Source: an uncultured delta proteobacterium (GTDB lineage Bacteria; Myxococcota_A; Polyangia; Polyangiales; JAFGIB01). From it: a stretch of DNA of 64,000 nt. This document shows positions 9,966 to 19,162 of the stretch, piece by piece. Below the pieces are notes generated by a model. It made no database searches and was not told where the DNA came from. It saw only the letters and a list, made by a program, of their open reading frames with translations. Location of the stretch: contig CAVZVA010000010.1 in the NCBI GenBank assembly GCA_963778655.1, forward strand, positions 1,472,001 to 1,536,000. The letters are read 5' to 3'. Each line of letters starts with the position of its first letter. Positions within the stretch are counted from its first letter, which is position 1. Both the position numbers and the translations under genes were made by a program.

Positions 9966-11450
9966 CTACGAGGGGCAGTCGGAATCGCTGTTGAAGTCGC
10001 AGCCCGAAGGGCAGCAGCCGTCGCTGGTGCCCGAGCACGCCGTGATCGGCTCGTAGGAGCAGGTGACGTCGCAGCTGCTCGGCGTGCCGGTGCGCACGTT
10101 GGTGGTGCAGGGGTCGTTGTCTTCGCACACGCAGCTGCTGGGCGGGTCGCAGGTCTCGCCCAGGTTGGCTTCGATGCGGCCGTTGCCGCAGCCCGGGCAG
10201 TCCGAGTCGGTGGTCGCATCGCAGCCCGAGGGACAGCAACCGTCGCCGCCGTTGCACGCGGTGATCGGCGTGTGGCTGCAGCTGACGTCGCAGCTGGCGG
10301 CGCTGCCGCTCATGGCGTCAGCGGTGCAGGCGTCGGCGTCGTCGCAACTGGTGGGGCAGCTTGCGGACGGATCGCAGGTTTCGCCGAGATTGGCTTCGAC
10401 CTGGCCGTTGCCGCAGCCCGGGCAGTCCGAGTCGGTGGTGGGCCCGCATCCGCCGGGGCAGCAGCCGTCGCCGCCGTTGCACTCGGTGATCGCCGTGTGC
10501 GCGCAGCTCACGTTGCAGGTGTCCGCGCCGCCCAGCGTCATGTCCATGGTGCAAGCCTCGCCGTCGTCGCAGGCAATGCTCGCGCAGGTCGAAGGCGGGT
10601 CGCAGGTCTCGTTCGACTCGATCGCGCCGTTGCCACAGCTCGGCGAGCAGTCGGAATCGACGTTCGCGTTGCAGCCGAGCGGGCAGCAGCCGTCGCCGTT
10701 TGCGCAGGCGCTGATCGGCTCGTGAGAGCACGCCGCGCTGCAGTTGTCCGCGCTGCCAGTCAGCATGTCGACCGTGCAGGCCTCTCCGTCGTCGCAGTCC
10801 GAGGGACAGCTCGAGGGCGGGTCGCAGGTCTCTCCCGACTCCACCGCGCCGTTGCCGCAGCTTGCCGAGCAGTCGTCGTCGTTGTTCGCGTTGCAATCGG
10901 CGGGGCAGCAGCCGTCGCCAGCGGCGCAGGTCGTGATCATCGCGTGCGTGCAGGCGGCGTCGCAGCTGTCGGCGCTGCCGGTCAGGGCGTCGCTGGTGCA
11001 GCTGTTGCCGTCGTCGCAGCTGGTCGGGCAGCTCGAGGGCGGGTCGCAGGTCTCGCCGCGCGAGACCCGGCCGTCGCCGCAGCGCGCGCCCTGGGCGCCC
11101 TGACCGGCGCTGCCCTGGCCTCCGGCGTCGACGGCGCCGCCAGCCGGAGCGCCACCGAGACAGATGCCAAACAAGCACAGCCCGTTGCAGTTGGGGCAGG
11201 TGAAACCGGCGCCGGGCGCCGCGGCCGCCATGCCGCCGGTGCCCGCACCCGGGGTCGCGCCGCCGGTGCCCACGCCCTGGCCCACGCCCACTGCGCCGCT
11301 CCCGCCGGTTCCCCCGATCACCGCGCCGGGGCTCGCGCCCTGGCCTGAGTCGCCGCCCGTACCGGTTGCGCCGCCGACGGCGTGACCACTGCTACACCCA
11401 GCTGCGGTCAGGACCGCGAGCAAGACCAGGTTCGATCGCAATCCAAGCAT
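9966..11450 (-). CDS. Lipoprotein with five tandem ~74-aa Cys-rich repeats (Myxococcus cysteine-rich repeat-like)
   Basis: Signal MLGLRSNLVLLAVLTAAGC; five units of CG(N/D)G..ETCDP..C..C(D/E)D..CT..DGCCP..C..D.DC; GGAG RBS. Confidence 0.88.
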   Translation of the reverse strand: MLGLRSNLVLLAVLTAAGCSSGHAVGGATGTGGDSGQGASPGAVIGGTGGSGAVGVGQGVGTGGATPGAGTGGMAAAAPGAGFTCPNCNGLCLFGICLGGAPAGGAVDAGGQGSAGQGAQGARCGDGRVSRGETCDPPSSCPTSCDDGNSCTSDALTGSADSCDAACTHAMITTCAAGDGCCPADCNANNDDDCSASCGNGAVESGETCDPPSSCPSDCDDGEACTVDMLTGSADNCSAACSHEPISACANGDGCCPLGCNANVDSDCSPSCGNGAIESNETCDPPSTCASIACDDGEACTMDMTLGGADTCNVSCAHTAITECNGGDGCCPGGCGPTTDSDCPGCGNGQVEANLGETCDPSASCPTSCDDADACTADAMSGSAASCDVSCSHTPITACNGGDGCCPSGCDATTDSDCPGCGNGRIEANLGETCDPPSSCVCEDNDPCTTNVRTGTPSSCDVTCSYEPITACSGTSDGCCPSGCDFNSDSDCPS

Positions 11451-11899
11451 GAGGTTCTCCTCCCCCCGCCACGTCCTGCGCGCCCCACCGCGCGTCCCTG
11501 CTGCCCACATGCCCCTACCACAGCAGGATAGGCCGCGCAGGTGACGCAAGTCACTTTGTCGACATGTTTTTTTGGCATGCGCAGGTCCTGCGCAGGGTCG
11601 ATCGCTTTACACAACGATTTACGGGATGCGGCTCAGGCAGAGGGCCACTTCGAGCTATGTCTGCGGGCCCAGGCGACGCCCGCCGCCGAGCTACGCGATC
11701 ACATATCTATTGGAAACGACTTGATATAATCTGGACGCTCCAGGTGTGGGGCGACTCGCTTTTGGCGCAGCGCAGAGAAATTCGCGTGTGGGGATGAGAA
11801 AGCGCCGACCGCTCCTCAGCCCACTGCCCACTCAACGCACAGGAAAGAGCATGCACTTGCCGCGGTTGTGGTCGGGTGCGCGTGAGGGAGGTCAGTCGG

Positions 11900-12175
11900 A
11901 TGCTGATGAGCGACAATATCACTCGCGAGGTCAAGGACGGTCCCCGGAGGCTGTGGGCCATCTGTCGGGCTGCGGAGCGCGCCGAGATCGCGCGGGTGCT
12001 CGAAGAGCACCGGCAGAACCGCACGCATGCGGCCATGGCGCTCGGGATTTCGCGCCGCACGCTGCTGAACAAGATCAAGGCCTACGGGCTCACGCCCCAG
12101 GCCTGCAAGGAGTACGGCTTCGAGCCGAGCGCTTCGAGCCCGGCGCAGGTGCCGGTCGCAGACGCCGCGAACTGA
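11900..12175 (+). CDS. Stand-alone Fis-family helix-turn-helix protein
   Basis: AERAEIARVLEEHRQNRTHAAMALGISRRTLLNKIKAYGL is an HTH_8 pattern; GGAGG RBS. Confidence 0.8.
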   Translation: MLMSDNITREVKDGPRRLWAICRAAERAEIARVLEEHRQNRTHAAMALGISRRTLLNKIKAYGLTPQACKEYGFEPSASSPAQVPVADAAN

Positions 12176-12321
12176 GGCGCGCCGGGTAGGGCCGCGCGCA
12201 CGGCGCGTGGCATGTGCCGGTGTCCGTGCGCATGCCGCGCGCGGCGGTTGCCACGAGCACACGCCGGAAGTAGCGTGGCGCGCGGCGGCCGGCGCCCCCA
12301 GCGGCGAGGTGGCCCCTGCGA

Positions 12322-14178
12322 ATGGGCTACCCTTCCCTCAAGGCCTGCGTCGATGATCTGGCGGGCCACGGGCACCTCGTCCGCATCGAGCACGAGATCG
12401 ACCCGCGGCTGGAGGCGGCCGAGATCCACCGCCGCGTGTATCGCGCGGGCGGTCCGGCGCTGCTCTTCGCGCGGGTGAAGGGCTCGGCCTTTCCGATGGT
12501 CTCGAACCTGTTCGGGACGCTGCCGCGCGCGCGCTTCATCTTTCGCGACGCGCTGGAAGGCGTGCGGCGCCTGGTCGAGCTGAGGGCCGACCCGGCCGCT
12601 GCCTTGCGTTCGCCGCTGCGCTACTTGGGCGTGCCGCTCACCGCGCTGCACATGCCGGTCAAGCGCTGCACCGGGGGTCCGGTGTTCGCGCAGCAGAGCG
12701 CGCTTTCGGCGCTGCCGCAGCTTGTGTGCTGGCCGCGCGACGGCGGCGCGTTCATCACGCTGCCGCAGGTCTACACCGAGGACCCGGATCGACCCGGGCC
12801 GGCGCACGCCAACCTCGGCATGTACCGGATTCAGCTCTCCGGCAACGCCTACGAGCCCGAGCGCGAGGTCGGCCTGCACTACCAGATCCACCGCGGCATC
12901 GGCGTCCATCACCAGGCCGCGCGCCGCCGTGGCGAGCCGCTGCGCGTGCGCGTGTTCGTGGGCGGGCCGCCCGCGCTCAGCCTGGCCGCGGTCATGCCGC
13001 TGCCGGAGGGCTTGAGCGAGCTGATGTTCGCGGGCGCGCTCAATCGGCGCCGCGTGCGCATGGCTCGGGCGCCCGGCGCGGAGCCGGACGCACCGCCGCT
13101 GCACGCCGAGGCCGACTTCTGCCTGCTCGGCGAGATCGATCCCGAGCGTGTGAAGCCCGAAGGCCCGTTCGGCGACCACCTGGGCTACTACAGCTTGGTG
13201 CACGACTTTCCGGTGATGCGCGTGGAGCGGGTGTTTCACCGCCGCGGCGCGCTGTGGCCGTTCACCGTGGTCGGCCGCCCGCCGCAGGAGGACACCACCT
13301 TCGGCGCGCTGATCCACGAGCTGACCGGACCGGTGATCCCGAGCGTGCTGCCGGGCGTGCGAGCGGTGCATGCGGTGGATGCGGCCGGCGTACACCCGCT
13401 GCTGCTCGCGATCGGCAGCGAGCGCTACACCCCGTACGAGGCGTCGAGCCGGCCACAGGAGCTGCTGACGCAGGCCAACGCGGTGCTCGGACAGGGCCAG
13501 ATGTCGCTCGCCAAATACCTGCTGATCGTCAACGGCGAAGACGAGCCCGCGCTGGCGGTCGACGACGTGCGCGGCTTCTTCGCGCACTTGCTCGCGCGCT
13601 TCGACCCGCGCCGTGACCTGCACTTTCAGACCGAGACCACGATCGACACGCTGGACTACTCGGGCGGCGCGCTCAACCGCGGCAGCAAGCTGGTGATCGC
13701 GGCCACCGGCGCGCCGCTGCGCGCGCTGCCCGCGGCGCTGCCCGCGGCGCTGCGGCTGCCGCAGGGCTATGGCACACCGGCGTTGTGCATGCCCGGGGTG
13801 GTCGCGCTGCAGGGGCCGGCGTTCGCCGCGGACGCCGGCGGTGACGACCCGGCGATCGCGCGCCTGTGTCGCGAGCTCGCGGTCGAGGGCCACCCGCTGG
13901 GGGCGTTTCCCTTGATCGTGATCTGCGACGACAGTGAGCTGTGCGCGCGCACGCTCGAGGGCTTCTTGTGGGTGACCTTCACGCGCAGCGACCCGGCGCG
14001 GGACGTGCACGGCGTCGGCAGCTTCGTGCGCCACAAGCACTGGGGCTGTCGGGGCCCGCTGCTGATCGACGCGCGCCGCAAGCCGTACCACGCCCCGCCG
14101 CTGGAGCCCGACCCCGAGGTCTCGGCCCGCGTCGACGCGCTCGCGACCAAGGGCGGCCCCCTGCACGGCCTGTTTTGA
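12322..14178 (+). CDS. UbiD-family (prFMN-dependent) decarboxylase
   Basis: NLGMYRIQ, EGPFGDHLGYYS, GRPPQED, DTLDYS motifs. Confidence 0.92.
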   Translation: MGYPSLKACVDDLAGHGHLVRIEHEIDPRLEAAEIHRRVYRAGGPALLFARVKGSAFPMVSNLFGTLPRARFIFRDALEGVRRLVELRADPAAALRSPLRYLGVPLTALHMPVKRCTGGPVFAQQSALSALPQLVCWPRDGGAFITLPQVYTEDPDRPGPAHANLGMYRIQLSGNAYEPEREVGLHYQIHRGIGVHHQAARRRGEPLRVRVFVGGPPALSLAAVMPLPEGLSELMFAGALNRRRVRMARAPGAEPDAPPLHAEADFCLLGEIDPERVKPEGPFGDHLGYYSLVHDFPVMRVERVFHRRGALWPFTVVGRPPQEDTTFGALIHELTGPVIPSVLPGVRAVHAVDAAGVHPLLLAIGSERYTPYEASSRPQELLTQANAVLGQGQMSLAKYLLIVNGEDEPALAVDDVRGFFAHLLARFDPRRDLHFQTETTIDTLDYSGGALNRGSKLVIAATGAPLRALPAALPAALRLPQGYGTPALCMPGVVALQGPAFAADAGGDDPAIARLCRELAVEGHPLGAFPLIVICDDSELCARTLEGFLWVTFTRSDPARDVHGVGSFVRHKHWGCRGPLLIDARRKPYHAPPLEPDPEVSARVDALATKGGPLHGLF

Positions 14179-14207
14179 AGGCTCGGGGCGCGAGGGCGGA
14201 GCATGCA

Positions 14208-14275
14208 ACAGGCAGGCGGGACGATGGGAAGAATCCCAGCCTACGGGACCGCCTCCCGTCTTCCCGTCTGCCTGT
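14208..14275. repeat. REP-like palindrome between convergent genes (possible bidirectional terminator), copy 1
   Basis: Arms ACAGGCAGGCGGGACGATGGGA and CTCCCGTCTTCCCGTCTGCCTGT; related to 27908-27970. Confidence 0.7.
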
Positions 14276-14280
14276 GAGCT

Positions 14281-15747
14281 TCATCCATCAGAGGCTGCCG
14301 GTGGGATGCTCTGGGCGTGCTTGAAGACGTCGTCGGGGTCGTAGACCGCCTTGACCCGGGTGAGGCGCTCGAAGTTGTCGCCGAAGTAGGCGCGGGGCCA
14401 GTCGGGCAGGTCGAGATCGCAATAGCTGACGTAGGCAGCGCCGGAGACGTGCGGGCGCATCGCGGCGTGGATCTGGCGCATCCACTGCAGCCGCGCGCGG
14501 GTTTGCGCGGGGTGCGACCACTGGGTGTGGTACTGGAGCGAAAACAGCGTGTCGCCACGGTGGTGAAACGCGGTGGCCGAGCGGGCCACGCGGTTGATCG
14601 CGCCGCCATAGCTGTCGAGGTAGATGCCCGCCTCGTCTGGTGGCAAGCGCTCGAGGTGATCGAACAGCAGGTCGACCCCCTCGTCGGCCATGTGCGAGGT
14701 GACGTAGTCGGACTTACCCTTCATATACGTGGACTGATGCCCGTTCTCGGGCGAGAAGTGGTGGACCGCGTCGATGAAGGGCATGCTGCGCAGGGAGCGG
14801 CGTGAAGGCGCGAGCGCCAGCATCGGCCGCAGCGCGGCGTGCAGGTCGTCCTCGCCGCCCAGGAACTGGCCCTTGCAGGTGAGCGCGAGCTGGCCCTGCT
14901 CGGCTCGCGTGAGCACCAGCATGCTGGTGAGCTCGTCGCGCGCCGCAGGCGCCCAGTGCTGCCAGGCGTGGAAGACCGCTCGGGCCTGCGCCCGCGCCAG
15001 CGTGTAGCCGAGGTCGAAGACCACGACCTCGTCGATCGGCTGCAGTGCGAGCTCGAGCCGCGTGACCACACCGAAGCTGCCGCCACCTCCGCCGCGGCAA
15101 GCCCAGAACAGATCCTGGTGCTGGCTCGCGTCGGCACGGAGCGTCCGGCCCTCGGCGTCCACCATCTCGAGCGCGCGCAGGCTGTCGCAGGTGAGGCCGT
15201 GCTTGCGCGCGAGCAAGCCGAAGCCGCCGCCCAGGGTGAGGCCGGCGATGCCGACGCCGGCGCAGGTGCCCGCGGGCAGGGCGAGCCCGTCGCGCTGCAG
15301 CGTGGCGTAGACCTGGCCCAAGCTCGCGCCGGAGCCGATGGCGGCGCGCAGGCGGCTGCGCTCGGTCTCGATCGCATCGAGCGGGCGCACGTCGATCACG
15401 ACGCCGGGGCACAGCGACAGCCCTTCGTAGGAGTGACCGCCCGAGCGCACGCTGATCGGAACGCCGTGCGATCGCGCCCAGGCGATGGTGGTGCGCACCG
15501 CCTCGACGCGCTTGCAAGCCACGATCGCGGCGGGCCTGGCCAGGGTGCGTTTGTTGAATGCGCTGCGGTAGGCCTCGAAGCGCTGGTGCTGCGGCGTGAG
15601 CACCAGCCCGTCGTCGGGCGAGATGCTCGCGCGCAGCTCGTGCAGCGGCCCACGCCTGGCGTGTGCTGCCGCGCGCGTCGTGAGCGCGCCAGTCGACGCA
15701 CCGGCCAGCGCCGTCACGGCCCGTTGCAGAAAGTCGCGCCTGCGCAT
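14281..15747 (-). CDS. Tat-exported FAD-binding oxidoreductase, berberine bridge enzyme family
   Basis: MRRRDFL Tat motif; RSGGHSYEG covalent-FAD His motif; DLFWACRGGGGGSFGVVT; C-terminal YFGDNFERLTRVKAVYDP. Confidence 0.92.
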   Translation of the reverse strand: MRRRDFLQRAVTALAGASTGALTTRAAAHARRGPLHELRASISPDDGLVLTPQHQRFEAYRSAFNKRTLARPAAIVACKRVEAVRTTIAWARSHGVPISVRSGGHSYEGLSLCPGVVIDVRPLDAIETERSRLRAAIGSGASLGQVYATLQRDGLALPAGTCAGVGIAGLTLGGGFGLLARKHGLTCDSLRALEMVDAEGRTLRADASQHQDLFWACRGGGGGSFGVVTRLELALQPIDEVVVFDLGYTLARAQARAVFHAWQHWAPAARDELTSMLVLTRAEQGQLALTCKGQFLGGEDDLHAALRPMLALAPSRRSLRSMPFIDAVHHFSPENGHQSTYMKGKSDYVTSHMADEGVDLLFDHLERLPPDEAGIYLDSYGGAINRVARSATAFHHRGDTLFSLQYHTQWSHPAQTRARLQWMRQIHAAMRPHVSGAAYVSYCDLDLPDWPRAYFGDNFERLTRVKAVYDPDDVFKHAQSIPPAASDG

Positions 15748-15948
15748 CCCGCCTCGCCCCTTTGAGCTTCGCCACCGGTAGCACGCACGCGGGCGCGGAG
15801 CCATCCCCGGGGCGGTCCATGGGTCCGGCTCGACTCGCAAGTGCTTGCGGGGTCGCAAGTGCCTTGACACACGTTCGCACAAGACGCTCACTCGCTTGTC
15901 CGGCATAGCCACAAGTCAGGCCAAGCTGGGATGCGGCGGGAAAGCCGC

Positions 15949-18645
15949 TCAGGGCGCGCGGCCGCCTTGCAGCTCGAGCTCGGCCAGGCGCAGGGCGGCG
16001 TCCTCCGGGTGGGGGTGCAGCGCGAAGCCGAGCTCGCGCATCAGCACCAGCATCTTGGAGTTCTCGGCCAGCACCTCGCCCTGCATGCGCTGCAGGCCCT
16101 TGTCGCGCGCCACTTCGATCAGCGCGGCCATCAGCGCCGAGCCCAGGCCCTTGCCTTGCCAGGCGTCGGCCACCACCAGCGCGAATTCGCAGCTCCGCCG
16201 GTCCGGCCGTTCGACGTAGCGCGCGACGCCGATCTCCTGCTCCGCAGCGCCCTCACGGGTGACGGCGATGAACGCCATCTCGCGGTCGTAGTCGATCTGG
16301 GTGAAACGCACGAGCATGGCGGCGGTGAGCTCGACCATGCCCTGGTGAAAGCGGAAGTAGCGCGACTCCGGCGACAGGTTGCGCACGAAGCTCTGCTCGA
16401 TCTGCGCGTCCTCGGGCCGGATCGGCCGCAGCACGATCGTGCGGCCGTCGTCCAGCTGCAGCGTGCGCGCGAGTCGGCCCGGGAAGGGCTGGATCGCGAC
16501 GTGATCGTAGGCGGCGAGCCCGGCGGGCGGGCGCTGCAAGACCACGCGCGCGTCGACCGCCAGCGCGCCATGCTCGTCGGCGACCAGCGGATTGATGTCG
16601 AGCTCGCGCACCTCGGGCAGCTCGCATACCAGCTCCGAGACGCGTAGCAGCACGTTCTCGATCGCGTCGAGGTCGGCTGCCGGCATGCCGCGGATCGGCC
16701 CCAGCAGCTTGCGCACGCGCGTGCGCTCGATCATGTCGCGCGCCAGCAGGCGGTTGAGCGGTGGCAGCGCCACCGCGTGGTCGTCGATCAGCTCGACCAG
16801 CGTGCCACCCGCGCCGAAGCCGATCGCGGGACCGAACGCCAGATCGCGCGCCACGCCCACCAGCAGCTCGCGGCCGTGGCGCTTGCCGTGCATGGGTTCG
16901 AGCGTGACCCCACGCAGGGTCGCGGCGGGCGCGCGCGTTTGCGCTTCCGCCATCAGCTCGCGGAAGGCCGCGCGCACGCTCTCGCCGTCGCGCAGGCCCA
17001 GGCGCACGCCGCCGACGTCCGACTTGTGGCTGAGCTCAGGCGAGTCGATCTTCATCGCCACGGGCAGACCGAGGCTCTCGGCCGCGACCAGCGCTTCGTC
17101 GGCGTCGGCTGCGCGCAGGGAAGGCGTGACGGGGATGCGGAAGGCGCGCAGCAGCGCCTTGGCTTCCAGCAGGTCGAGCTGCGTGCGTCCCTGCGCCAGC
17201 GCAGCGTCGACGATCATGCGTCCGCTCTGCGCGTCGGGCGGCGTCGGGTCGGAGAGCGGGCCGGGCACCTGCAGCAGCAGGCGCTGGTTGCGCTCGAAGC
17301 CGTACAGGTCGGCGAAGGCCTCGACCGCGGCCTCGGGCGTGGAGAGGTGTGGCAAGCCGTTGCGGATCAGCAGCTGCTGCGCCGGCCGTACCTGCGCGCC
17401 GCCGGCGAAGCACGTGAGCAGCAGCTTGCGGCTGTGCGCGCGGGCTTTGATCAGCGCGCTGGCGACCTCTGGCGGCGCGGTCATCGCCTGCGGCGACAGC
17501 AGCACGATCGCGCCGTCCACCTGCGGGTCGTCGAGCGTAAGGCGCAGCGCCTTGGCGTAGCGCTCGGGCGTGGCGTCGCCGACCAGGTCGACCGGGTTGG
17601 CGTGCGACCAGTGCGCGGGCAGCACCGCGTCGAGCGCGTGCAGCGTCTGCGGGCGCAGCTCGGCGAGCGGCAGCCCGAGGTCGGCCGCGCGGTCTGCGGC
17701 CATCACGCCCAGCCCGCCGGCGTTAGTCACGATCGCGAGGCGGTCGCCGCGGGTGCGCAGCCCGCGTGCGAGCAGCTCGGCAGCGCCAAATAGCTGCTCG
17801 AAGCTCTGCGCGCGCACCGCGCCCGCGCGCCGCAAGGCGCTGTCGAACACGGCGTCGTCGCCCACCAGCGCACCGCTGTGGGTGGCCGCGGCGCGTGCGC
17901 CCGCGGGCCGGCGCCCGGCCTTGAGCGCGACCACCGGCTTCATGCGCGCCGCTACCCGCAGCCCGCTCATGAAGCGGCGCGCGTGATCGACGCCCTCGGC
18001 GTAGATCAGGATGGCCTCGGTTTCGGCGTCGAGCGCGAGGTAGTCGAGCAGCTCGCCGAAGCCGAGGTCGGCCGCGGCGCCCAGCGAGACCACGCTCGAG
18101 AAGCCGATCTCGCGCGCCTCGGCCCAGTCCAGGATGGCGCTGCACACCGCGCCCGATTGCGAGAGCAGCGCGAGCCGCCCAGGGCGCGTGCGGGTGCTGG
18201 CGAACATCGCGTGCAGGTGCGCGCTGGGGCGCAGCAGCCCCAGACAATTGGGGCCGAGCAGGCGTACGCCGTGGCGGTGCGCGAGCTCGAGCACCTCGGC
18301 CTGCAGCCGCTCGCCCTCTGGGCCTTGCTCGGCGAAGCCCGCGGATAGCAACACCGCGCTCTTGACGCCGGCCTCGCCGCACTCGCGCATGACCTGGGGT
18401 ACGAGCGGGGCGCGCACCGCGATCAAGGCCAGATCGAGCGGGCGGCCGAGCGCAGCCACGCTGGGATGACTGGGCAGACCCTGGACCTGCGCGTGGTTGG
18501 GGTTGACGACGTAGAGCTCGCCGGGGAAGCCGGCGGCCCGCAGATTGGCCAGCAGCACCTGGCCCACGTGGCCGGGCTGCTCGCTGGCGCCGATCACGGC
18601 CAGCGAGCGGGGAGCGAACAGGCAGTCGAGGGGGTGCGGGCCCAT
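15949..18645 (-). CDS. pat: Protein lysine acetyltransferase, Pat/PatZ type (acetate-CoA ligase-like domains + GNAT)
   Basis: LFAPRSLAVIGAS, GPNCLG, SQSGA, HKSDVGGV, ELDINPL; C-terminal GNAT (WQGKGLGSALM). Confidence 0.9.
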   Translation of the reverse strand: MGPHPLDCLFAPRSLAVIGASEQPGHVGQVLLANLRAAGFPGELYVVNPNHAQVQGLPSHPSVAALGRPLDLALIAVRAPLVPQVMRECGEAGVKSAVLLSAGFAEQGPEGERLQAEVLELAHRHGVRLLGPNCLGLLRPSAHLHAMFASTRTRPGRLALLSQSGAVCSAILDWAEAREIGFSSVVSLGAAADLGFGELLDYLALDAETEAILIYAEGVDHARRFMSGLRVAARMKPVVALKAGRRPAGARAAATHSGALVGDDAVFDSALRRAGAVRAQSFEQLFGAAELLARGLRTRGDRLAIVTNAGGLGVMAADRAADLGLPLAELRPQTLHALDAVLPAHWSHANPVDLVGDATPERYAKALRLTLDDPQVDGAIVLLSPQAMTAPPEVASALIKARAHSRKLLLTCFAGGAQVRPAQQLLIRNGLPHLSTPEAAVEAFADLYGFERNQRLLLQVPGPLSDPTPPDAQSGRMIVDAALAQGRTQLDLLEAKALLRAFRIPVTPSLRAADADEALVAAESLGLPVAMKIDSPELSHKSDVGGVRLGLRDGESVRAAFRELMAEAQTRAPAATLRGVTLEPMHGKRHGRELLVGVARDLAFGPAIGFGAGGTLVELIDDHAVALPPLNRLLARDMIERTRVRKLLGPIRGMPAADLDAIENVLLRVSELVCELPEVRELDINPLVADEHGALAVDARVVLQRPPAGLAAYDHVAIQPFPGRLARTLQLDDGRTIVLRPIRPEDAQIEQSFVRNLSPESRYFRFHQGMVELTAAMLVRFTQIDYDREMAFIAVTREGAAEQEIGVARYVERPDRRSCEFALVVADAWQGKGLGSALMAALIEVARDKGLQRMQGEVLAENSKMLVLMRELGFALHPHPEDAALRLAELELQGGRAP

Positions 18646-18812
18646 GGAACGCACCGAACATAGTCGCGCCGAAGGCGATTCGCGACCGCTTCGCGCAGCG
18701 CGCGAGCAAAAGTCACGCGCGCGGCTTGCGGATTGCGTGACAGTGTGTACTGTAACAGTATCCGAAGTCAATCATGCCGGCAGGGGCCGGCCCGCAATCC
18801 GGGGAGATCCAC

Positions 18813-19109
18813 ATGCAAGACGAAGAACGCGCCGCCATCGAACGCGAGGTGCGCACGCAGGCGATCAAGCGAGTGCGAGCCAAGCTCGGCCTGTACTGGC
18901 ATCTGTTGCTGTTCGTGCTGGTCAACGCTGCCATCGCCGCGATCAACTTGCACTACGACCCGCAGCACCTCTGGTTCGTGTGGCCGCTGGGCGCCTGGGG
19001 CACGGGGCTGCTGCTGCACGCCTTCGCCACCCTGCAGGGCCGCGGCATGAGCCAGGACATGGTGCAGGCGGAGATCCGCCGCGAGCTCGCCCGCCGAGGC
19101 GTGAGCTGA
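18813..19109 (+). CDS. 2TM domain small membrane protein
   Basis: HLLLFVLVN..IN..WFVWPLGAWGTGLLLHA pattern; GGAG RBS. Confidence 0.85.
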   Translation: MQDEERAAIEREVRTQAIKRVRAKLGLYWHLLLFVLVNAAIAAINLHYDPQHLWFVWPLGAWGTGLLLHAFATLQGRGMSQDMVQAEIRRELARRGVS

Positions 19110-19162
19110 TGTAACCGGCGAGGGCACGCGCCCTCCCGATCCCGCCCTGCTATATTGCCGCC

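Noticed and set aside
9966..11100. Tandem DNA repeats as a possible CRISPR array
   Set aside because: Units are ~220 bp, in-frame protein repeats with no unique spacers and no cas genes.
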